A DNA stretch of 36,385 bases from positions 1 through 36,385 of the forward strand of contig JAADVB010000199.1 in NCBI GenBank assembly GCA_023334545.1, given 5' to 3'. Under the pieces are notes generated by a model. It had not been told where the DNA came from and ran no database searches. It was given only the letters and a program-made list of their open reading frames with translations. Shown here in pieces: positions 1 to 9,144 of this stretch (the first letter of the stretch is position 1; the number at the start of each line of letters is the position of its first letter). Made by a program: the position numbers and the translations under genes. The stretch comes from Salisapilia sapeloensis CBS 127946 (taxonomy: Eukaryota; Protista; Oomycota).

Positions 1-942
1 ATAGCCCTTTAAACGTAAGGGAAGCGTTAAACGCGGAGTATGAAACTCTTGTACTAAAAGTACGGAAGTAGTGTAAGACACTTGTGCTTTAGAAAGCAAA
101 ATGAGAACTGATTGTATTGAGGCTTAATCCGAATACTAGACTTAACGTTTCTATATACCTACTAAATCCTAATACAATCTCCTTAATCTCCATCTTAGTA
201 TGGAAAGGTCTAACGGCCATTCATGTTCCTTGTACCTTTGTATTTGCATCACATGCTTCAATACAAGGCCCCACTTCAAGATCCGGAATGTTACCCCAGC
301 TTGGGATACATTCATGTAACTTCCCGTTACAGCTATCGACGAAGAGGATCGTTTAATCCGAGCACCTGCTTCGCGCGAAATGGACGTGACCCTTCGTAGC
401 CTAGCCTAGAGAGCAAGAGCTCACTTTCCAACTCGCAAACAAATAAAACAACAAATAACTTTTGAGACTGTATTATATTGTGTGGATACTGCACATATAT
501 TCACGGTTCTTCATGGGTTTGAGTGTTGTCCACATCCTTTACAAGGAAAGTCTCACATTAAAGTGAATATCAGGCGTGAAAATACCGGTTTATATAATAA
601 ACAGTTGTGGCATAATGTTCATCCCATATTTGATAGATTGCAATTGAGTGTTTGGTTTCCTCGCTTAAGACTTGAGAAGTAGTCATAAGATCGAACTATT
701 GTAGTTTGATATGGCTACTTTTCAAATACATAAAGCGCAATTATTAGATTGTAATATATGTTCTTTTATTACCAACAAAAATGCAATTTAAAATTGAAAT
801 GGTACCAAACAGGTTCTAAGATCTTTCCTTTTTAATACTTGTCCTACATGCTTATCTTGTTGTTCAATTTATTAGTATCTAGAGCCACATGAGTATATCG
901 AGATGTGTGCTCTACGAGCTTGATTAACTAGAAATATGAGTG

Positions 943-1010
943 TATTTACGGCTTCACAAAAAGCTTATTTACGGCTTCATACGGACAATGTGTCACTAAG
1001 TCCGTAAATA
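943..1010. repeat. Short direct + inverted repeat cluster
   Basis: TATTTACGGCTTCA at 943-956 and 966-979; inverted copy CCGTAAATA at 1002-1010; nested TACGGAC/GTCCGTA stem at 980-986 and 1000-1006. Confidence 0.7.
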
Positions 1011-1357
1011 AAGAGGCCTGTTCATAGGCAATTTCGTACGGTAATCAATCGCTTGTACTTGTATTTGGTGCTCCAAGTCTGAAAGACCGAGCTCATGAAA
1101 ACAAGCACTTCAATAAATTTTAAAGTGTGTTATGTATGAGCTCTGTAGCATGTGGAATAAGGTCCCAGCTCGTGTTCTAGTCGCTGCGGGTAGAAGAAAC
1201 CGCGAGCAGATTTCTGTCCGTTTGTATGACTGTATTACTTTCGAGAGGTTTACTTGATTTATTTATCAACATCGTCAATCGGTACTCATTTCTAACACCG
1301 GTAAAGAGCAAGAGGCTCTATCGACAGCTTGGCTACGTGGAGAACTAAATTTGAAGG

Positions 1358-2576
1358 ATGACCAAGTCAATGACTGACCTGGAGGAAAAGAGAGCACGTC
1401 AGCGTGTACATGTCAAACGCAGCTACTACCGACAACTCGTGCGTCAAGGTCATTTATACTGATGCCGACAACTAGATACTCATTATCGAATAGAGTAAAT
1501 TGCAGTCCATGCGAGATGAAGTGGCCGAATTGAAGCTCCAGTATGATCGCCTGGTTCAGCAGCAAGATGCTGACGCTTCCATCTCGTCTTCTCGCAAACC
1601 CAGTGCCTCGACGATCGATCAATACAAGTCGCTCTCGCAGCTTCGGGAGCACTTACGAGAGGAGAATGCACGTCTTCAAGAGTACCTGCAGGCCCACACA
1701 AAAGCCCAGCAAAAATTTGAGCGGTTTCTACAGAAAGAGAATGAGAGCAAGGTTCGTACATTTATTTGTTTGCGATACCTCCGTGCCATCCTTACTTAGT
1801 GTCTCGTTCTCATGTAGAATGCATCGTCTGGAGAGCCATCCGAGCACAAGATTGACTTTGACTGGGAAACAATTACACTACAGGAAGCGTCGCAGCTGTC
1901 GTCTGCATGCTACGCTCGCCTCCAAGCGTGTCTCCGGCCTGATTTGTGCGCCACGACCGGTGCGAGCATGTTAGGCTGGAAAGAGCAGCGGAGTGCAAAC
2001 TCCCGTTTCCTCAATTTCTCCTTGACCAAACTCTTCAAAAATCAATCTGCAGCCCACCTGGCAGATCTAACGTGGCAGATCTTCCAAGACCCGTCTCGCC
2101 ATCGAGCGCTCTACTCGCCTTCGTTGCGCCTCACGCACTACACGCTGGAGCATCTCGACGAAAACAATTTCATCCAGTACCGTGTTATCGAGATGCCGGA
2201 TCGGACAGTCGCCATCAAGTCGCTCAATCTACTGTCAAAAGTTGAACGAGACGGACAGACTATTACCATGTTCCAGTCCATGAACGACAAGTGCCACCCC
2301 AAGACAACGCAGGATGCTGGCGCCGCTTCCCCGCCGAAAACCTTAGTGCAAGTGGCCCAAAAGGAGGTCTGGGAGGAGGTCTGTTCGTGGGTGTGCTTTG
2401 CTCCGACGGATGAAGAAGGAGGAGGCTGTCGACTACACTTTGGAGGCGTGTCAGGCGACCCACAGCCGAGTCAACGCAACCTGTGGATGCTAGAAGTGCT
2501 CTTGATCGCACTGCGATGGGAAACTGCAGTGATTGGACCAGTGTTCTCCATCGGCTCGGACGAAACCTCGTCGTGA
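1358..2576 (+). CDS. Oomycete-type bZIP-like / START-like (M96-family-like) protein, ~365 aa, 3 exons
   Basis: Exons 1358-1438, 1494-1751, 1818-2576 joined by GT-AG introns 1439-1493 and 1752-1817 give one open frame. It reads MTKSMTDLEEKRARQRVHVKRSYYRQL (basic region), a heptad coiled coil (LQSMRDEVAELKLQYDRL), then a C-terminal domain with TGASMLGWKEQR typical of this oomycete family. Confidence 0.8.
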
Positions 2577-2918
2577 AGGAAAGCATCGCTGGTCTGACCA
2601 CGATGCGACCCTTGTGACCATTTTCTTGAAGCGCTGTAATTTCGACGGATATGCTAGTGGTCCTCCCTATTGAAGTGCATGTACATTTGTAAACAAGGAC
2701 AAGAGACCTTTTGCCTGTGTATACTCGATAGTTTCACATGACCTCGATCGACAAAAGAGAGACTGATCTACCAGCTCCATAGCTGTCTCAGCTCCGACAC
2801 TGTATATTTCTATTGGCATACAAAAAGCAAGTGTTCCGACGTCCTGAGCTTCTAGGTGTTAGCTCGGATCCTTCACAACGACACTACGCATACACATAGC
2901 GAACGGGCTTAAACGAGA

Positions 2919-4770
2919 ATGGCTAGCCTAAGCGACAAGGTGCCTCGCCTAGTAGAGGAAACTGCGAAATACCCACGGGGAGAGGCCGATCTATCCTACG
3001 GTACCTCTGGATTCAGGGCCGATGCCGAGATCCTATCGAGCGCTGCCCACCGCCTTGGGATGCTCGCCACGCTCCGGTCCAAATCCGAGGGAAAGATCAC
3101 GGGCGTCATGGTCACTGCCTCCCATAACAAAGTCTCCGACAATGGAATGAAGATTGTGGACCCCATGGGGTTCATGCTGGCGCAGAACTGGGAGCAGGTA
3201 CCTACATCATGTTTCGTCCTTGCCTCCTATATCCGCAAATCGACAAGAAGCTAATCTTCCTTTCTAATGACAGTATGCTGAGCAATTGGTGAATGCGTCG
3301 ACGGAAAAAGTGATGGAGGTCCTGGACTCGATCGTGGCCTCTGAAAAAATAGACCTGGACCAGACCGGCAGTGTCTTCGTGGCCCGCGACACTCGTCCTT
3401 CCAGCGAAGTACGTCTACTTTTATATGACCCAACTTTCGAGAGCTCATGTGAATGGACAGAACCTGGCGGAATTGGCACGTGAAGGTGCGCTCGTCATGG
3501 GAGGCAACGTTCTCGACTTTGGCCTCCAAACGACGCCCCAACTCCACCACCTCGTCCGAATGGTATCCTCTATCTAAATCCAGTAAATGCAACACCTGAA
3601 CTAATTCTTCCTGCTCAGTGGAACTACGAACAGTTCAACAAGGGTGACTGGGCCTCCGAGGTCGGCTACTACCACATGCTGTCCGACGCTTTCAAGCAGC
3701 TCATCGCCAACCTCGACTCGAACAAGCTCGAGATGCGAACGCCATTGTTCGTGGACTGTGCTCACGGTGTTGGTGCTCTACAGCTATCAAAGCTGTCCAA
3801 GGAACTGAACGAGACGCTGCACTTGGAGGTTTTCAACACACCGTCGGACGGCGAGCTCAACCATGAGTGTGGCGCCGACTTTGTCGAAAAGCACCGTACT
3901 GTACCCACTGGTGTGAACAAAGAGCAGGACGGTGGAAAGCGTTTCTGCAGTCTTGACGGGGACGCCGATCGCCTCATCTACCACTTTGTCGACCGGGAGC
4001 GAAACTTCCACATTCTCGACGGTGGCTACATGGCGTGTCTTTTTGCCGACTTCTTCCAGCAGCACCTTTCGACGCTTGCGCAAGAACTGGACAACGTCTC
4101 GTTCGGATGCGTCCTCACGGCCTATGGCAACGGAGCTGCTCGTCGGTATCTCGAGTCCCGCGGTGTGAATGTCACCATCGCCGCCACTGGCGTCAAGCAC
4201 TGCTTCGCTGCTGCCTCCAAATACGACGTTGGCATCTTCTTTGAAGCCAATGGACACGGTACTGTGCTTGTCAATGAGGAGACTGCTGCCAAGCTCCAGA
4301 AGCTCGAGGGACAGATGCACGATGAGAAGAAGAAGACGGCTGTGGCGCAGCTGATGGCAGCACACCAACTGCTCCACCAGGCCACTGGAGACGCCTTGAG
4401 CGACTTGCTTCTTGTGGAAGCTCTCTTGGCTCAACGAGGCTGGGGCATCGACGACTGGGGCAACATGTACCAGGACCTTCCGAGCCGCCAGACTAAGGTA
4501 CAGGTAGAAGATCGTAGCATTATCCAGGTGGATGACGAAAGCGAGGAACATCTCAAGGCCCCGAGCAACCTCAAGGACGCCGTGGAGCAGGCAGTGAACA
4601 AGCATGAGCAAGGCCGGGGATTCGTCCGACCGTCTGGCACAGAAAACGTTGTGCGCGTGTACGCCGAGGCCGCGACGCAGGAGGCTGCGGACGAACTTGC
4701 GCTCGAGTTGGCGCAGCAGGTGCACCAGTTGGCTGGTGGTCAGGGTGAGGCGCCCACTTCTTTCCAGTAA
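2919..4770 (+). CDS. PGM3: Phosphoacetylglucosamine mutase (PGM3/AGM1), ~555 aa, 4 exons
   Basis: Exons 2919-3197, 3274-3408, 3461-3562, 3619-4770 with GT-AG introns join in frame. Motifs: YGTSGFR, VTASHN (phosphoserine), SLDGDADR (metal loop), FEANGHG (sugar binding), RPSGTE (phosphate binding). Confidence 0.97.
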
Positions 4771-4873
4771 AAGCTTTGGCTAGTTTCCTTCTTCATGCAA
4801 ATCAATGACAACGAAACCAACACATTTCAAAAACTGTTTTCTTTAGCTTTGTACACTTGACGCATCCCACGTT

Positions 4874-7800
4874 CTACATGAGCAGAGCTCTCGCCATGTC
4901 ATCCCCAGAGATCGAATTGGACATATCTTGCTCTGGAATCCCGTCCAGTTGTGCCAGCTCCAACTTGGGCGGCGGACTCGGCATTTGAGTAGAGTCTCTG
5001 ACGACGCCCACCACGGGCGACAGCACATCTGCGTCCCATTCAATACCTTCGTACACCTCCACGCCCACATCCAAGGACAGCAAATTCCCATCCACAACCT
5101 CTGCAGTCACAACATTCTCCATTTCATCATTCGTATCCGGAGAAATCGGAGCGAGTCGAGCAAGCTTGGCTTTCGGACCACTGTGCTCATTGCTGCTACG
5201 ACTTCCAGACGTAGATAAGCGAGACTTGGAACTACCGCTACTACTGCTTCTTGAGGCAGCTGCAGTCGCCAGGGTCGATATGTCGATTGGCTTATCACTG
5301 TGCTCGTTCATGAGCTTCACCCATCGAGGAACTGGAGCTTTTAGTCCGTTTTTGGCGGCATACGTTTGTCGAGAACCAGACCTCTTCCGTCCTCCGTCTG
5401 GGCCCCAAACGCGCTTCTCTATTCGACCAGTAGTTTGTCGAGATGGAGCTGTATGTGACTCGGACTGGGAATCGTTCTCGCTCTCGTGCGACTCACTTTT
5501 CTCTTCCTGACTTCCAGAGCCAATAATTGTCGACTGGAGGAAGCTGTTATCGTCAACGGACATCATCATGCCGTTCACTTCTTCAAAGTGCAGCGTCGAA
5601 TGGTCACTTTCATAGCTACCACGTTCCACGTCAGATAACCTTTCCCGATCACGCTCCATTTCCCTCGCCTCTTCTACTCCCACCGGCGCTTGGAACACTA
5701 TTTCTTGTGCTTGCGCTTCAAATTCTTCCTTTGTTTTACTCAGATCGATCTCTTCTTTTGGTCTGAAAATCTCCTTATTTGGCTCTATGACCTCATTTTC
5801 TTCCTCTGATCTCTTTACCTCGATCTCTCCTCTCGGCACATTCAGCTGGGCCTTTTCCTCTGGCTCTTTCACTAGGATCTCGCTTTTGGGTTCGCTCACT
5901 TCGCTTTCTTCTTCCAGCTCTTCTACTTGGATTCCGTTCTTGGACTCATTAACCTTGACCGCTTTCTTGGGCTCTTCTACCTCGATCTCGTCGCCGGGTA
6001 CTTGCTCCCTCTCTTTGTCAATAATATCTTCTACTTTGCTCAGGGAGTACCGTGACTCGGCCACCATTGGTTGTTCCCCTTCTTCACTCGATTGAGCGGA
6101 GGATAGCTCTCCTACCATGGAAGATGTCGTCGACTTGCGGAAAACAGTCCCATCATGCCGACTAACGATACTCGAATTGAACAACGGTGGAATCTTGTCC
6201 ACCTCCAACATGCTTTGGTTTTGCTCTTCACCGGAATGTCCATGTCGACCAGACGCATGGAAAGTGTCAGAGGGTCTTTCTTCACGCCTGTTTTTTTTGT
6301 CTTTTGTAGTAGAATGGACTCGTTTGCCGCTTTCCGTTCGCATCTTTCTTGAGTGAGCAGAGCTATGTCGTTCGCCGTAATGAGAGTGCAACTTCACTCC
6401 ATCTTCCGCCTTTTTGGACACCATATCTGGTAACTTGTCTTCAGCATCATCAACAACCTCCTCGGCGATTCTTTGTATCCTTGGTAGACGTTCTCTCTTT
6501 CCACGGCTTATACACATAGCAACAGCGATGGCTTCTGCACTTAAGTCCTTCACCCTTTGCTTGCATTCGACACATACTTGCCGACTGAAAGCGCGGACAA
6601 TGCCTTCTTTCGGGTTACCTTCCGATCGACTCATGGAAACAATGACTCGACATTGAAAGCACGTAGGTAGCTCACAAAAGACGCAGTAGTGAGCAACAGC
6701 GCCGAAATTCTCGTCGCAAACTCGGCACTTTTCCGTCGATGGGATCTTCAAGTCCTTTGGCTGCGCAGCTCCACGTTGCTGTGCGAGTAGCCACAGAGTT
6801 TTTCGACTACGAGCAAAACGCAGTGGCTGCCAACTCCGCAGGATGTTCGCAACGTTCGACGCCTGCGCATCCATCCTCTTGTGCTTGTCTCCACGAACAC
6901 GAGGATTGACAAAGGTACGGAAGAAGACATCGATGCCACTTTGCTTATTTCTTGGACGAAACAGAATACACATACTCAAGTCTGCTCTACGATACCCGAC
7001 GTTGGTTAGTTCTGGGCAGCTGGGAAGTTTAACAGAGTGGAGGACGTGGTAACCGATGCGAGTTGGCGTCGATGCAGGAGAATTTGATTTTGTACCCATG
7101 TGCAGCACACCCGTAGACTCGAGGACAACAAAGTCCGTCCCTTTGTCCTCGAGAGGCATGTTGTGTGCCAGCCACTTGAGCTGAAAGGACCGGAAGGGTT
7201 TCGCCTCGGACGGCTGCTTGAGACTCTGAAGGACGAATTGTGATATCTGGAGCTTGTTGCTATGACGCAGCACATCGAGCTCGAGACAAGAAGATTGGTC
7301 TGGTGTTAAAGAGCCTAGCATGATATCGTCTAGCGAAGCGTCCGGAAGGCTTCCAATGCCTACAAATGTAGGCAGGCCATGGCAATTCTTTTGTCGGTAC
7401 AGTCGGAACGGCTTGTGGTCCGCCACGAAGCGCCAATTGTCCACTTTTGCGCCAGACGATAGTGATGGGCCCAGTTGCTTGTACTGAATCATCGTCTCGC
7501 GTACGAGTCTTCGAGCTTGGTCCATGAGCATCTTCTTGTCTTTCTTCGGGAGATCGTACAATGGGCGTTCGAACGGCGTCTTCATGTTCCGGGTGTACTT
7601 GCTTTCCTTGTCCACGACGACTTCGACAGTTTTCGTGCCACCTACATTTTTTAGGCAAGCAGAACACGGGAGCGAAGTGAGGAGGTCTCCAGCGAGACTT
7701 GGTCGTTTCTGTGACCCACGTGAAAAAGTATCTGTCGAGTTTCTGGTTTCGAGTGAATTGGTGCAGTTTGGAGGAGTATTGTTCGCCTCCGCTGGGTTCA

Positions 7801-7933
7801 TCGTGGCAGCAAAAGCGATATGCCCATCCATGTCTCGGGCCCTTGTTCGGCCGGGCGTTTTCATACGCAAAGTCGAATCGTAACTTGGATCCTTTGGGGT
7901 TGTGGAACTTTGGTGTCTGGATGCCATGGGCAT
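4874..7933 (-). CDS. START-like domain + degenerate FYVE-type zinc finger protein with long acidic disordered tail, 1019 aa
   Basis: Single long ORF, ATG to TAG. N-terminal half has the oomycete START-like pattern (WRFVADHKPFRLYRQ...LDDIMLG...GYHVLHSVKLPSCPEL), followed by an 8-Cys finger CRVC...CVFC...CFQC...CVEC. Confidence 0.85.
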   Translation of the reverse strand: MPMASRHQSSTTPKDPSYDSTLRMKTPGRTRARDMDGHIAFAATMNPAEANNTPPNCTNSLETRNSTDTFSRGSQKRPSLAGDLLTSLPCSACLKNVGGTKTVEVVVDKESKYTRNMKTPFERPLYDLPKKDKKMLMDQARRLVRETMIQYKQLGPSLSSGAKVDNWRFVADHKPFRLYRQKNCHGLPTFVGIGSLPDASLDDIMLGSLTPDQSSCLELDVLRHSNKLQISQFVLQSLKQPSEAKPFRSFQLKWLAHNMPLEDKGTDFVVLESTGVLHMGTKSNSPASTPTRIGYHVLHSVKLPSCPELTNVGYRRADLSMCILFRPRNKQSGIDVFFRTFVNPRVRGDKHKRMDAQASNVANILRSWQPLRFARSRKTLWLLAQQRGAAQPKDLKIPSTEKCRVCDENFGAVAHYCVFCELPTCFQCRVIVSMSRSEGNPKEGIVRAFSRQVCVECKQRVKDLSAEAIAVAMCISRGKRERLPRIQRIAEEVVDDAEDKLPDMVSKKAEDGVKLHSHYGERHSSAHSRKMRTESGKRVHSTTKDKKNRREERPSDTFHASGRHGHSGEEQNQSMLEVDKIPPLFNSSIVSRHDGTVFRKSTTSSMVGELSSAQSSEEGEQPMVAESRYSLSKVEDIIDKEREQVPGDEIEVEEPKKAVKVNESKNGIQVEELEEESEVSEPKSEILVKEPEEKAQLNVPRGEIEVKRSEEENEVIEPNKEIFRPKEEIDLSKTKEEFEAQAQEIVFQAPVGVEEAREMERDRERLSDVERGSYESDHSTLHFEEVNGMMMSVDDNSFLQSTIIGSGSQEEKSESHESENDSQSESHTAPSRQTTGRIEKRVWGPDGGRKRSGSRQTYAAKNGLKAPVPRWVKLMNEHSDKPIDISTLATAAASRSSSSGSSKSRLSTSGSRSSNEHSGPKAKLARLAPISPDTNDEMENVVTAEVVDGNLLSLDVGVEVYEGIEWDADVLSPVVGVVRDSTQMPSPPPKLELAQLDGIPEQDMSNSISGDDMARALLM

Positions 7934-8165
7934 CTCGTCCTCTCCCAGTCCAGCGTGTAGGAATCACAGCTAAACTCCTACTGTGCTGTGATGTGATGTG
8001 CTAATCGAATGAAGGTACGCACTTGAAGGTTAAAGAGGAGAATTTTGAAATCATTCGCCTTGGTAGCGACAAGACATCGCCTGTCAAACGTGGCTCTGAA
8101 ATGCCCGACGCGGTGTATATATAACCAATGGTAGACTTTTGCCACTTCACATCTCTTCATAGCTA

Positions 8166-9122
8166 ATGGCTCGCTTTCTTTGTCTCTCGCTAGCAGTGCT
8201 GTCTGCGTCAGCCGCAACACTTCCGCTGCATGACGTGTCTTCGTATGAAGCATCCCTGCTGGATCATGGGCGAAAGGAGGCCGTGCTGCTTCTATTTTCA
8301 CCCGCGCCTTGCAGCACAGAAACGGAGGACACCATCTTTCTCGACTATGGAGTTCACAAACAGGAAGAGCCACAGGAGAGCCAAGTCGAGTGCAATCTCC
8401 AGCACTTAGATAAAGACCGAGAGGCAGTCCGATCGCATACCTCCAATACGGTCATTGATCTCAACGTCGATGACCACTTGCACTTGTACAAGTACCATCA
8501 GATATCACCAGCGACGCAACATCTCCAGCTATTGTATTTGCCACCACGATCTCGCCATTTCCAACGACTGCCACAAGAGCATGTCAACTACCTCGAAGTC
8601 ACTAATGTAACAGATATAATTGCTTTTATGGAACAACTCGCCGGCAATCCGCCCTCGGCATCATCCAGTCATGAAGCAAAGAGTTTCCTCGAGTACATTC
8701 CATTCCTTCTACTCGTAGTTGTTGGATCCTTCTTTGCCTACGACAATCGATCGACCATCCTGCCTCTGCTACGGACGAAGACGCTTTGGTTCAGTCTCAG
8801 CCTGCTCGTGCTCTACCTGTCTCTAAGTGGCACCTTCCACTCCGTGATCCACCGACCTCCGTTGATCTACTTCCACCCAGTCCACGGCCTCTTCATCATG
8901 CACCCTACAGGACGAAGACAGTTCATCCTCGAAGGCTTGGTATGCGGTAGCTGGAGCGTCTGGATCTCCCTCGCGGGTCTCGTCCTGCTCCAAGTCCTGC
9001 CTTCCTTCTCTGACCAGAGCGCCAAGCTAGAAGTGCTGCGCATGGCCTTGTTCCTCGTCGGCATCTCCTACGTCTTACTCTCGCTCGCCTTTTCAATCAA
9101 AAACCGGTGGCTCTACTTTTAA
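8166..9122 (+). CDS. OST3/OST6 (MAGT1/TUSC3)-family oligosaccharyltransferase subunit, 318 aa
   Basis: Signal peptide MARFLCLSLAVLSASA, luminal domain, four C-terminal TM helices, and the family-like segment SGTFHSVIHRPP...HPTGRRQFILEG. Confidence 0.85.
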   Translation: MARFLCLSLAVLSASAATLPLHDVSSYEASLLDHGRKEAVLLLFSPAPCSTETEDTIFLDYGVHKQEEPQESQVECNLQHLDKDREAVRSHTSNTVIDLNVDDHLHLYKYHQISPATQHLQLLYLPPRSRHFQRLPQEHVNYLEVTNVTDIIAFMEQLAGNPPSASSSHEAKSFLEYIPFLLLVVVGSFFAYDNRSTILPLLRTKTLWFSLSLLVLYLSLSGTFHSVIHRPPLIYFHPVHGLFIMHPTGRRQFILEGLVCGSWSVWISLAGLVLLQVLPSFSDQSAKLEVLRMALFLVGISYVLLSLAFSIKNRWLYF

Positions 9123-9144
9123 TACGCAAAAGAATAAACTCGTT

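Noticed and set aside
1-460. AT-rich stretch reminiscent of an LTR
   Set aside because: No second LTR, PBS, PPT or TG...CA boundaries visible within the window; cannot be supported without a repeat search.
3787-4725. 312-aa antisense ORF over PGM3
   Set aside because: Shadow ORF expected from the strong C/G3 codon bias of the sense gene; no recognisable motifs.
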